Assembly (NCBI GenBank): GCA_028718985.1
Contig: JAQUKQ010000006.1
Span: 10,061-42,060, forward strand
DNA from: Desulfobulbaceae bacterium
Lineage (GTDB): Bacteria > Desulfobacterota > Desulfobulbia > Desulfobulbales > VMSU01
Direction: 5' to 3'
DNA: 32,000 nucleotides
In this document: piece by piece, positions 17,379 through 27,442 of the stretch
Numbering within the stretch: the stretch's first letter is position 1
Layout: each line of letters begins with the position of its first letter
Notes under the pieces: generated by a model
Database searches by the model: none
What the model was told of the DNA's origin: nothing
What the model saw: the letters and a program-made list of their open reading frames with translations, nothing else
Position numbers and translations under genes: made by a program

Positions 17379-18026
17379 TTATTCAAATTGCTGTTTGAAA
17401 CGGGTAAATTCTGCACGGAGTTGTTGAAGTCCCTCCCTCAGAGATTCAATCTCGCTGGACATGGTATCTATTCGGTCATTTTCATTACGAACGGACAGGG
17501 TGGCTGGTTCTGGGCGGGCGGCGGGCATCTCTTCTGGGGTTGGCTCACCGGACAGGAGATGTGCATAGCGCGGCTCTTTCCTGCCAGCCTGTCGAGGGAG
17601 TTTAACGACGTACTCGGCCTCAATCATTTCGTTCAATGTTGTTTCGACGGCTGTGATATCTGCAAAAGAGAAGGCTCGCTCGCAGCGGGTTCTGATCTCG
17701 CCAACCGTCTGTGGCCCTCGGAGCAAGAGCACCATCAAAATGGCCGATTCACGGCCTAAAAGGCTATGCCGATGCAGAAAAGTTTCGGCGTATTTAGGGA
17801 CCCGGCTGGCATCGCTTTGCACTGCCAACTGTTTCTCTTTAAGGGAGTCGAGCGCGCGCACGACGGTTGTTTCATCAAAATCAAAGATTGGATCTCGATT
17901 CGACTTCTGATTGCAGGCCGTGGTCAATGCGACAAGAGAAAGGGGGTAATAGTCTGGTGTCGTCAGACTCTTTTCAATGAGTGACCCTAAAACCCGCGCT
18001 TCGACATCACTTAAGATGAAGTCCAT
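17379..18026 (-). CDS. DUF480 / YceH-family protein (tandem winged-helix-like, UPF0502)
   Basis: MDFILSDVEARVLGSLIEKSLTTPDYYPLSLVALTTACNQKSNRDP is the characteristic YceH N-terminus. I place the start at the ATG at 18026 (GGAGGG SD) rather than the track's 18071. The C-terminus is a coiled-coil-like segment. Confidence 0.75.
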   Translation of the reverse strand: MDFILSDVEARVLGSLIEKSLTTPDYYPLSLVALTTACNQKSNRDPIFDFDETTVVRALDSLKEKQLAVQSDASRVPKYAETFLHRHSLLGRESAILMVLLLRGPQTVGEIRTRCERAFSFADITAVETTLNEMIEAEYVVKLPRQAGRKEPRYAHLLSGEPTPEEMPAARPEPATLSVRNENDRIDTMSSEIESLREGLQQLRAEFTRFKQQFE

Positions 18027-18120
18027 GTTCCCTCCATTGTAAGCACGTAACTGCTTGGCAGTGGCGCGCACGGCACATTTCTACCGTTCACTCACCTGCC
18101 GGTCGTATGTCGCTTACCGT

Positions 18121-18169
18121 AAAAAAAAAAGCACAAAGAGGGAGGCAAACACCCTTTGCGCCTTTTTTA
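18121..18169 (-). terminator. Rho-independent terminator downstream of ilvC (bidirectional architecture)
   Basis: The minus strand has a GCGCAAAGGG...CCCTCTTTGTGC stem of about 10 bp (including G-U pairs) followed by a T10 run (plus-strand A10 at 18121-18130). A T6 run follows the stem on the plus strand. It lies 20 nt after the ilvC stop. Confidence 0.8.
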
Positions 18170-18188
18170 TGGGTTTCTTGCGGTTTGC

Positions 18189-19721
<1,533 letters not shown>

Positions 19722-19727
19722 TTACGC

Positions 19728-19748
19728 TTCTGTCTCCAAAAGACAGAA
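19728..19748 (-). other. Second hairpin between the HU stop and the terminator
   Basis: TTCTGTCT-ccaaa-AGACAGAA forms a perfect 8-bp stem starting 10 nt after the hup stop codon. Confidence 0.4.
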
Positions 19749-19757
19749 ACTGAAACA

Positions 19758-20030
19758 TTATGCGAGTGCTTCTTTCAGCGCTTTGCCTGGTTTGAACTTC
19801 GGCACTTTTTTGGCGGCAATTTTCAAGGCTTTGCCGTTGCTCGGGTTGCGGCCAGTACGGGCGGCACGCTCGTTGACGGAAAAAGATCCGAAACCAGTGA
19901 GAGAGACAGAATCCCCGTTAGTCATGGCGGTGGTCAAAGACTCAAGTAAGGCCTGCAGAGCTCTGCTGGCATCTGCCTTGGTAATCCCGGCGTTTTCGGC
20001 AATAGCTGTAACTAGTTCGGACTTGTTCAT
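19758..20030 (-). CDS. hup: Nucleoid-associated DNA-binding protein HU
   Basis: 90 aa. MNKSELVTAIAE...GFGSFSVNERAARTGRNPSNGKALKIAAKKVPKFKPGKALKEA is a canonical HU/IHF-fold sequence with the conserved arm. An AAGGTGA SD lies upstream. Confidence 0.95.
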   Translation of the reverse strand: MNKSELVTAIAENAGITKADASRALQALLESLTTAMTNGDSVSLTGFGSFSVNERAARTGRNPSNGKALKIAAKKVPKFKPGKALKEALA

Positions 20031-20287
20031 AATTCACCTTGTGCTTAATTGATTGAAATTGAAATGGTTCCACCTTTCGTAACGACTTCGATCTATTTGA
20101 AAACCGTAGTAACTTAAGTTCGTTTATGGCTGTTCTTTTGCTTGGCACGGCAGTTGGGAGAGAGAGGGAGGTTAACGCATCCCTCAAGGGCCGGCTGATG
20201 ATGAAAAGATTCACTAGAGATGCGGATAATATAAACTATAGAGAGGGAAGAGTTGCAAGTGTAAAATTGATTTTTTGCTAAAAAAAA

Positions 20288-21955
20288 TTAGAGGGGAAGT
20301 GGCAGGGTGATAGTAAAGGTGGAGCCTTTGTCTACCGTACTTTTGACGGCTATTTTCCCTTGGTGTCCTTCAATAATCTGTAAAATTATGGCCAGTCCCA
20401 GACCGGTGCCATTTTCTCTGGTTGTGAAAAAAGGGGCGAAAATGTCGGAGAGCATTGAGGCAGGAATGCCGCAACCACTATCGCTGACCTCGATTACGGC
20501 AAAAACCTTACCATCGCTTGCGGTCTCTTCTTGGGCGCTGATTTCGATCCTGCCGCCGGACTCCATACTGAGGCATGCGTTATGGATGAGGTTCAAAAAA
20601 ACTTGTTTCAATTGGTGTTGATCCGCCCAGCAGTCGAAGTTGTGAGGGATGTCGGTGTGCAGGTGGCAGTTGCTCTTGAACTTTGCACTCTGCTGGATAA
20701 CGGTCCAGCATTCATCAATCAATGATGGCAAAGGGATCCATGTTTGTTCCGGAACCGCAGGTTTGGAGAATTGTAAAAAATCTGTGATATTGGTTTCAAG
20801 GCGGGAACATTCTCGAGTGATAATAGTTAAGAGGCTATGATTCGTTGACGAGGTGGGGAATTCTTGGGCCAGCACTTGAGCGGCACCTGAAATGGCGGCC
20901 AGGGGATTTCTGAACTCATGGGCAATGCCTGCGGCAATTTTACCAATAGCGGCCATCTTTTCATTTTGACGGATTTGTTCCTCCATCTGGCGAATACGAC
21001 TGAGATCCTGCAAGGTGTAGACACGGCAATCATCCTGCACCTCAGGCATGTTGAGCCGAGACCAGGAGTATCCGACCGGGATATGACGCTGATCTTTACG
21101 GACGAGTTCCATGGTGGGACGGTCATCTGTCTGGGCCGCGCTTAGGAGGCCAGGAAAGATCTTGCTCAGATTGCGATCCATTACCTCGAAGGCAGCGTAG
21201 CCGGTAATGGCCTCGGCGGCTCGATTAAAAGAGGTGATTTTTCCCTGGGCATCAACCGTAATAATGCCGGAGGTGATGTCATCAAAAATTTGTTTGTAGA
21301 GTTGGCTTAAGAAGTCAAGATGGCGAGAGGTCTGATTGAGTGCCGTTTCGGCCCAGTTCAGCCGTTCTGACAGAAAGGCGCTGAGCAGGGCGACGAGAAT
21401 AAAAGAGAAGCTGTAAATTAAAAAATTTTGCAGCAGAATCGCTGGCGCGGTGACGGCGTTAGGCCTAATAACGGCGGGTAATTGGGTTGCCCAGTCGATG
21501 TATTGCGAAGAGAGCATGAGCCCGTAGCTGATAATCGTAAAGCCCGCAATGATCATTCCGCCCCGGCGAAAAAGCATGAGCCCTGCACTGATGATCGGGA
21601 AAAAATAGAGAAAGGTGAAGATAGATTCGCTGCCGCCGGAAGCATAGATGATCATGGTGATCAGCACAGAATCGGCCAGGATCTGGCCGTAGGTGAAGTT
21701 CTCGAGACGGTTGAGCCGATTGATGGTGACTGCCGAAGCAATGCTGAAAAGATAGATGAAAAGACAGAAAAAAACGATAGCGACGATAGGGGGAAGGTTA
21801 AGCCCGGGGTGTGAGACTTGCAGGATTGAACTGGTACCTAGAAAGAGAGAGAGCAGAAAGACACGGAGCAGAAGAAGCCATTTGACTTGGCGGCGGAGTC
21901 TTGATTCGTCAGAGAGGCTGTTTGCGGTTGGGCTAAGTTGGATGCTGGCAGCCAC
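20288..21955 (-). CDS. Sensor histidine kinase: polytopic membrane N-terminus, PAS, HisKA, HATPase
   Basis: 555 aa. About 6 hydrophobic helices occupy residues 25-200, followed by a PAS-like segment (ITVDAQGKITSFNRAAEAITGY). The H-box is IAHEFRNPLAAI, the N box LIHNACLS, G1 DSGCGI and G2 GTGLGLAI. The GTG start directly abuts the regulator's TAG stop. Confidence 0.88.
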   Translation of the reverse strand: MAASIQLSPTANSLSDESRLRRQVKWLLLLRVFLLSLFLGTSSILQVSHPGLNLPPIVAIVFFCLFIYLFSIASAVTINRLNRLENFTYGQILADSVLITMIIYASGGSESIFTFLYFFPIISAGLMLFRRGGMIIAGFTIISYGLMLSSQYIDWATQLPAVIRPNAVTAPAILLQNFLIYSFSFILVALLSAFLSERLNWAETALNQTSRHLDFLSQLYKQIFDDITSGIITVDAQGKITSFNRAAEAITGYAAFEVMDRNLSKIFPGLLSAAQTDDRPTMELVRKDQRHIPVGYSWSRLNMPEVQDDCRVYTLQDLSRIRQMEEQIRQNEKMAAIGKIAAGIAHEFRNPLAAISGAAQVLAQEFPTSSTNHSLLTIITRECSRLETNITDFLQFSKPAVPEQTWIPLPSLIDECWTVIQQSAKFKSNCHLHTDIPHNFDCWADQHQLKQVFLNLIHNACLSMESGGRIEISAQEETASDGKVFAVIEVSDSGCGIPASMLSDIFAPFFTTRENGTGLGLAIILQIIEGHQGKIAVKSTVDKGSTFTITLPLPL

Positions 21956-23356
21956 CTAGTCTATCTCGTATTTTTTAATTTTATAACGAATCGAGCGGAA
22001 ACTGACCTGTAGGAGTTCCGCTGCCTTCATCTTGGAACCATCGGCCTGCCGCAGTGCCTGGGAGATCAACTTCTTCTCCAAGCAGGCAACGGCGTCATCG
22101 AGGCCCATGGCAAAGTAACCATCATGGTTGACAGAGGGGTCTTCCATAGAGGGGGGTATCTTTTTCCGCTTATGGGCAGCAAGGGTCAGGCTCTCGGGCA
22201 GGATGATATTGGAGTTTTCGAGCGCCACGCCGCGCTCGATAATGTTCTCAAGCTCTCGGACGTTCCCTGGAAAATCGTACTCCAGCAACACCTCCATAGC
22301 GTAGGAGGAGAGGGCTGTGACCTCTTTGCCGAAGAGGGCCGAATATTTCTTGAGAAAGTGGTCGACCAAGAGCGGCACGTCACCCTTACGCTCACGGAGA
22401 GGCGGTACGCGGAGCGGCACAACCGCCAATCGGTAGAAGAGATCCTCGCGAAATCGCTTGGCAATGACCTCTTCCTCCAAATCCCGGTTGCTGGCAGAGA
22501 TGATGCGGACGTTGGCCTTGATTGTCTCATTACTGCCAACCGGTTTGAACTCCCGCTCCTGAATAATACGTAGTAGTTTGGTCTGGATCAACGGGGTCAG
22601 TTCCCCAACCTCGTCGAGAAAGATACTGCCGTTGTTGGCCTCGGCAAAGAGCCCGGTTTTGGTGGCCAATGCCCCGGTAAAGGCCCCTTTGACGTGGCCA
22701 AAGACTTCACTCTCGAAGAGGCTCTCTGGGATAGCGTTGCAGACGATGGGTACAAATTTGTGGGAGGCGGCTTTGCTCAGATTGTGGATGGCCTGGGCTA
22801 CCAGTTCCTTACCGGTACCGGATTCTCCTTGGATGAGGACATTGGCGTGGGTCGGGGCAATGCGGCTGATCAGGTCGAATATTTTTTTCATCTCCGGACT
22901 TTGACCGATAATCCCCTGGAAATTATTGCTGTCACCAATCGCTCTGGTTTGGGCCGATGAGAGCGGCTGTGATGCCGCATCACAGCTGTGCAAGGCGTTA
23001 TTGATAATCGCCTTGATCTCGGCGACATTGAAAGGCTTGGTGATATAGTCAAAGGCCCCGCCCTTCATTGCTCGGACGGCGTCTTCTGGAGAGGCATAGG
23101 CAGTAATCAGGATGAGTGGGGTTTGCAGGCCGAGAGAACGGATCTGCTCGAGGAAACTGAGGCCGCTTCCGCCGGGCATCTTGATGTCTGAGATGATCAG
23201 GTCGACCGATTCTTGCTGCAGAATAGAGAGCGCGGTAGAGGTGTTGGCAGCAGTTAGGGCCGCATACCCCTCCTTCTCGAGTAGAATTTGCAGAAACTCC
23301 CGCATGCTGAGCTCATCATCAACTACGAGAAGTCTTTTGCGGTCGGGGAGTTCCAC
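21956..23356 (-). CDS. Sigma-54-dependent response regulator (NtrC family: REC, AAA+, Fis-type HTH)
   Basis: 466 aa. The REC domain is LLVVDDE...ISDIKMPG. The AAA+ domain has Walker A GESGTGKE and the sigma-54 contact loop GAFTGA. A C-terminal HTH (AAELLQVSFRSIRYKIKKY) follows. GTG start with an AGGTGA SD. Confidence 0.92.
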   Translation of the reverse strand: MELPDRKRLLVVDDELSMREFLQILLEKEGYAALTAANTSTALSILQQESVDLIISDIKMPGGSGLSFLEQIRSLGLQTPLILITAYASPEDAVRAMKGGAFDYITKPFNVAEIKAIINNALHSCDAASQPLSSAQTRAIGDSNNFQGIIGQSPEMKKIFDLISRIAPTHANVLIQGESGTGKELVAQAIHNLSKAASHKFVPIVCNAIPESLFESEVFGHVKGAFTGALATKTGLFAEANNGSIFLDEVGELTPLIQTKLLRIIQEREFKPVGSNETIKANVRIISASNRDLEEEVIAKRFREDLFYRLAVVPLRVPPLRERKGDVPLLVDHFLKKYSALFGKEVTALSSYAMEVLLEYDFPGNVRELENIIERGVALENSNIILPESLTLAAHKRKKIPPSMEDPSVNHDGYFAMGLDDAVACLEKKLISQALRQADGSKMKAAELLQVSFRSIRYKIKKYEID

Positions 23357-23378
23357 GTTACATCACCTGGATTGGGAA

Positions 23379-24941
23379 TCAATCTGGTTGCTTGTTTGCA
23401 AGATAGTGTTCCGTAATCGATTGAACCATGGTGGCAATCGAATAGCATTCTGAGGGTTGAACATCAATAGTCAAGCCTTTCTTGATTATTGCCTTGCCGG
23501 TAACCGGTCCGATGGAGGCGATTTTTACCCCTTGCAGTAACTGCCGCATCTCTGCGTCATCTTTTGGATTCAGCATATAGATGAAGTTGGTAAACGTCGA
23601 GGAACTGGTGAAGGTAACCATGTCGATGGCATGGTCGATAAACTCTTGGCGTAAGGCTGCTTCCCGGCCCTTGGGGCGGATATTTTGGTAGACTGGCGCT
23701 ACCGTCACCTCGGCGCCTGCTTGGCGAAGGATGTCCGGCAGCGCTTCATTGGCTTTGAGCGCTCTAGGCAGGAGAAAGCGAGACGTGCCAGCTCCTTGCT
23801 TGATCAAGGTCTCTGCCAGCCCTTCGCCGGTAAACTCTTTGCTGGGCAACAGATCTGCCTTAAGTCCGTACTTCTGCAGCTCAGCCGCTGTGGCAACGCC
23901 AACGGCCGCAATCTTGATGTTGCATAGAGTCCTTGCGTCCATTTGTCGGGCAAAGAGCCGTTGGAAGAAGAATTGGATGGCATTGATGCTGGTAAAGAGC
24001 AGCCAGTCGAAGCGGCTGATGGTGTCGACTGCCAGGTCGATTTCGTCCCAGGTGTCGGGCGGTTCGAGGGCGATGGTGGCGAATTCGACGCAGTCCGCTC
24101 CTAACTCTTCGAGTTGCAGCACGAGATCGCTTGCTTGATCGCGTGTACGTGTCACCATGATCCGTTTGCCAAGCAGAGGCTTTTTTTCGAACCAGTTCAT
24201 CGTCTCTCTGAGTTTGACGACCTCACCGACGATAATCAGGGCTGGTGGCTTAATGTTGGCACTGTTCACCACATCAACAATCGTGGCGAGAGTTCCGGTC
24301 ACCGTGCGGTGCTCTGGGGTTGAAGCCCAGCGGATTACCGCCACCGGCGTCTCTGGGGCACGGCCATAGCGGATCAACCGTTCGGTGATGTTGGGTAAAT
24401 TTTTGATGCCCATGTAGAAAACAATGGTGCCAATGCCGGTAGACAGTTTTTCCCAGTCGATCGAACTCTCCTGCTTGTTCGGGTCTTCATGACCGGTGAC
24501 AAAAGCCACGGTTGCTGTGTAGTGGCGATGGGTAATGGGAATGCCAGCGTAGGTCGCGGCGGCACTGGCGGCAGTAACGCCGGGGACAATTTCGAACTCG
24601 ACGCCATGCTTGGCCAACTCCTCAATCTCTTCACCTCCTCGACCAAAGATAAAGGGGTCGCCACCCTTCAAACGAACGACTCTCTTGCCTGTCATGGCCT
24701 GGTCTACCAGGATTTGATTGATCCCCTCCTGGGTCTCGGCATGAATGCCGCCCCCTTTTTTGCCGACATAGATCAATTCGGCGTCAGCCGGGACATGGTT
24801 CAGTAATTTTATATTGGCCAGGTAATCATAGACCACAACTTCAGCCCGTTCGAGAAGCTGTTTGCCTTTAACGGTAATCAGGCCGGGATCTCCTGGGCCT
24901 GCTCCCACCAAATAGACCTTGCCGATTTTACTATTTTTCAC
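23379..24941 (-). CDS. cobA: Bifunctional uroporphyrinogen-III C-methyltransferase / uroporphyrinogen-III synthase (CobA-HemD fusion)
   Basis: 520 aa. The N-terminal ~250 aa are SUMT-like (VYLVGAGPGDPGLITVKG..., RLKGGDPFIFGRGGEE, VPGVTAA). The C-terminal ~260 aa are HemD-like (KRIMVTRTRDQ...LLFTSINA...FTSSST). GTG start at 24941. Confidence 0.9.
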   Translation of the reverse strand: MKNSKIGKVYLVGAGPGDPGLITVKGKQLLERAEVVVYDYLANIKLLNHVPADAELIYVGKKGGGIHAETQEGINQILVDQAMTGKRVVRLKGGDPFIFGRGGEEIEELAKHGVEFEIVPGVTAASAAATYAGIPITHRHYTATVAFVTGHEDPNKQESSIDWEKLSTGIGTIVFYMGIKNLPNITERLIRYGRAPETPVAVIRWASTPEHRTVTGTLATIVDVVNSANIKPPALIIVGEVVKLRETMNWFEKKPLLGKRIMVTRTRDQASDLVLQLEELGADCVEFATIALEPPDTWDEIDLAVDTISRFDWLLFTSINAIQFFFQRLFARQMDARTLCNIKIAAVGVATAAELQKYGLKADLLPSKEFTGEGLAETLIKQGAGTSRFLLPRALKANEALPDILRQAGAEVTVAPVYQNIRPKGREAALRQEFIDHAIDMVTFTSSSTFTNFIYMLNPKDDAEMRQLLQGVKIASIGPVTGKAIIKKGLTIDVQPSECYSIATMVQSITEHYLANKQPD

Positions 24942-25136
24942 GAATATTCCTTAACTTCAAAATTACTTGGTTGATGGTATCTGGACTTGACTCATGCGTC
25001 TCAAGACGAGTCAGGCCGAACTCCAGTTGGAATTCGGCCTGCAAGAGTACGGTAGCAACGTATGTTGGCACGATATCTCGTGACCTTTATGTCTGATGCA
25101 TATCAAACAAGCGAGGCGCACTGCATTGCGATGTCG

Positions 25137-26072
25137 TTATGCTATTTCCTGGCCGTATACCTCTTCGAGGATGGCTTTGGCACCCATGGCGAGTAGCTCT
25201 TCGGCAAGATTTCGTCCCAAGGTTTCTGGCTGATCGGCCGGGCCGCAGGCTGATTTTTTGATCACCTCTTTCCCGTCTATCGAGGCGACGAGGCCGGTCA
25301 AGGTCAGCTGATCTTTGTCGTCAATCGTGCAGAAGCCTGCGATAGGCACTTGGCAACCACCTTCCAAGCGCAGGAGAAAGGCTCGCTCGGCCTGGACAGT
25401 GACCTTAGTGGCTCGGTGGTCGAGGAAACTGAGGCCGGCCAAAAGCTCCTTGGCGTCACGACGCATCTCGATACCGACAGCACCCTGCCCAACGGCGGGC
25501 AACATCTCAAGAGCCGAGAAATACGAGCTTGCCCGGTCGAGTTTTAAGCGATTCAAGCCCGCTGCCGCCAAGATGATGGCATCGTACTGACCCTCATCGA
25601 GTTTGCGTAAACGGGTGTCGAGGTTGCCGCGCAGATCTTCGATAATCAGATCAGGACGAACCTTGGCGAGCTGTGCCCGTCGGCGCAGGCTGCTGGTGCC
25701 GATCTTGGCACCGTGCGGCAGTTCTGCCAATGTCTTGTACTTGACAGAGATCAGGGCATCTCTGGGATCTTCACGTTTGGTGACGAGTGCCAGGTGCAGC
25801 TCGTCGGGCAGTTCTGCCGGGACGTCCTTCATGGAGTGGACGGCCATGTCGACCTCTTTGTTCAGCATCGCCTCTTCCAGCTCTTTGACAAAAAGGCCCT
25901 TGCCGCCAACCTTGGCCAGGGGGACATCGAGGATTTTATCGCCCTTGGTCATAATTTTGACCAGCTCAACAGTGACGTCAGGGTATTGAGCTTCGATCTG
26001 GGCTTTGATGCCATTGCTCTGGGCTAAGGCGAGGAGGCTCTTTCTAGTGCCGATTTTAATAAGCTTTTGCAT
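25137..26072 (-). CDS. hemC: Hydroxymethylbilane synthase (porphobilinogen deaminase)
   Basis: 311 aa with IKIGTRKSLLALAQ, GDKILD, KGLFVKELE, RGNLDTRL and the cofactor Cys context GGCQVPIAG. Confidence 0.95.
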   Translation of the reverse strand: MQKLIKIGTRKSLLALAQSNGIKAQIEAQYPDVTVELVKIMTKGDKILDVPLAKVGGKGLFVKELEEAMLNKEVDMAVHSMKDVPAELPDELHLALVTKREDPRDALISVKYKTLAELPHGAKIGTSSLRRRAQLAKVRPDLIIEDLRGNLDTRLRKLDEGQYDAIILAAAGLNRLKLDRASSYFSALEMLPAVGQGAVGIEMRRDAKELLAGLSFLDHRATKVTVQAERAFLLRLEGGCQVPIAGFCTIDDKDQLTLTGLVASIDGKEVIKKSACGPADQPETLGRNLAEELLAMGAKAILEEVYGQEIA

Positions 26073-26255
26073 GCATGATTCCTTTTTAAATGGCTCAATC
26101 TTGATGGTGGTGCCGACGAGCGTAGACCTCTCAATGCCCGCTCTATCGCATTGTTGTGCGTGGGGTAATCTGTTGTGGATGCAACGAATAAATAAATGTA
26201 CCAGTTTTAAAAGCAGTTCTCAACGGAATAAAGCCGTTCTCGTTCAGAGTTGTAA

Positions 26256-26471
26256 TTAGTGGCAAGTCCCGCAAGAGCCACCGGCACAGCCCGAACATTT
26301 CGAACTGGAAGCAACCCCCGCCTCTTTCGCGCCACCGCGAACGGAGAAGCCAGACATCAATCTGTCGAGGTCATGGCTTGCGCAAAGTGGGCATTGTGCA
26401 AGCTCCTTTCCCAGCTGCAACAGTTCAAATTCGTGGTTGCATTGTTGACATCGGTAATCGTATAAAGGCAT
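26256..26471 (-). CDS. FmdB-family zinc-ribbon protein (CxxC-CxxC) with Cys/Gly-rich tail
   Basis: 71 aa. MPLYDYRCQQCNHEFELLQ...CPLC is the canonical FmdB/TIGR02605 N-terminus. The C-terminal tail is KCSGCAGGSCGTCH. It begins 5 nt after the upstream stop. Confidence 0.8.
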   Translation of the reverse strand: MPLYDYRCQQCNHEFELLQLGKELAQCPLCASHDLDRLMSGFSVRGGAKEAGVASSSKCSGCAGGSCGTCH

Positions 26472-26476
26472 GGTGT

Positions 26477-27442
26477 TTATGTGCTCACATTCGTGCCAGT
26501 TGCCAGTTCATCGAGCAGTGCCGCCGCCAGGAGTGGGATCATCAGCTCGTGATGGCCGGTGATAGAGAAGCCCTTGCCGCCGCCTGTTGTCGGTCGGTTG
26601 ACGACGTTAGTCTGCGGGCGGTAGTGGCGGATGAAATCAAAGTTCGCGGTGGTGAAACATTGGACCTTATGGCCCAAATTACGGACGACAGTCAGGGCCT
26701 TCAAAAAAACCTCAGGGAGTAAGACAGCCGAGCCAAGGTTGAGGTAGGCTCCTCCCTCCAGGTCGGCCACCATGCCGCAGAAGAGTCTGAAATCGTGATG
26801 GCTGCCGGCACCAATTGCGGCACCGTTGGCTGAGGGGTGAATGTGGACAATGTCAGTGCCGATTGCCACATGGACCGTGACCGGCACCTTGAGGCGGCGG
26901 GCTGAGGCAACGAGACTCATGCCACAAAAAGGAAAATCGCCTGTCAACAGGGCATCTCCCAAAGACTCGCCAATTCCTCGCTCTCTTTCCAGCCCGCGAT
27001 TGATAGCGCCATTGATGAACTCTCCTGTCTCTTTGGCCGCTCCAAAGGCACCGTCACCCAGGACTTGATCGACGTCCTCTGATGTTCTGCCTGCCATGGC
27101 AATCTCTGTGTCATGGACGATACCGGCTCCGTTCAAAGCGATACCGGTCACGATTCCACGTTCCATCAAATCGATGAGGATGGGGTTTAGGCCGACTTTG
27201 ATGACATGGGCACCCATGCCAATGATGATCGGTCGTCGCTGACGGTGGCAGTTGGCCAGGCGAGTAACAAGCTCGGGGAAGTCTTTGCCCATCAACTGTT
27301 GTGGGAGGGACGTCAGTAATTGTCGGACACTCCAGCCAGCCTTTGGGGCCTTGGCGAAATCCTGCACAGTGACCTTGCTGCTCCGGTCATGAAGGGAGTA
27401 GGTTGATAGCGCCGAGAAATCGATGGGCCGATAGTTTGTCAT
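26477..27442 (-). CDS. Uncharacterised protein, tentatively deoxyhypusine-synthase-like (DHS-like NAD-binding fold)
   Basis: This 321-aa ORF has good coding character. Segment order resembles DHS: IIIGMGAHVIKVGLNPILIDLMERGIVTGIALNGAGIVHD vs FLG-TSNLISSG-R...VDVLVTTAGG-EED, and VPVTVHVAIGTD vs IPVF-PALTDGS. The C-terminal TGHHELMIPLLAAAL resembles ADASLVFPLLVAETF. This is by-eye similarity only. An ATGA overlap links it to the upstream SIS gene. Confidence 0.45.
   Translation of the reverse strand: MTNYRPIDFSALSTYSLHDRSSKVTVQDFAKAPKAGWSVRQLLTSLPQQLMGKDFPELVTRLANCHRQRRPIIIGMGAHVIKVGLNPILIDLMERGIVTGIALNGAGIVHDTEIAMAGRTSEDVDQVLGDGAFGAAKETGEFINGAINRGLERERGIGESLGDALLTGDFPFCGMSLVASARRLKVPVTVHVAIGTDIVHIHPSANGAAIGAGSHHDFRLFCGMVADLEGGAYLNLGSAVLLPEVFLKALTVVRNLGHKVQCFTTANFDFIRHYRPQTNVVNRPTTGGGKGFSITGHHELMIPLLAAALLDELATGTNVST

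Noticed and set aside
17189-17416. 75-aa minus-strand ORF in the DUF480 / KAS intergenic region
   Set aside because: It overlaps the DUF480 3' end, has no SD and an implausible composition. It covers the region better explained as the promoter and 5'-UTR of the FAS-like operon.
20142-20157. Sigma-54-like motif TGGCAC-ggcag-TTGGG on the plus strand in the HU upstream region
   Set aside because: The -12 element lacks the conserved GC (TTGG rather than TTGC). It also points into the 3' end of the convergent histidine kinase gene, with no plus-strand gene to drive. It is probably a chance match.
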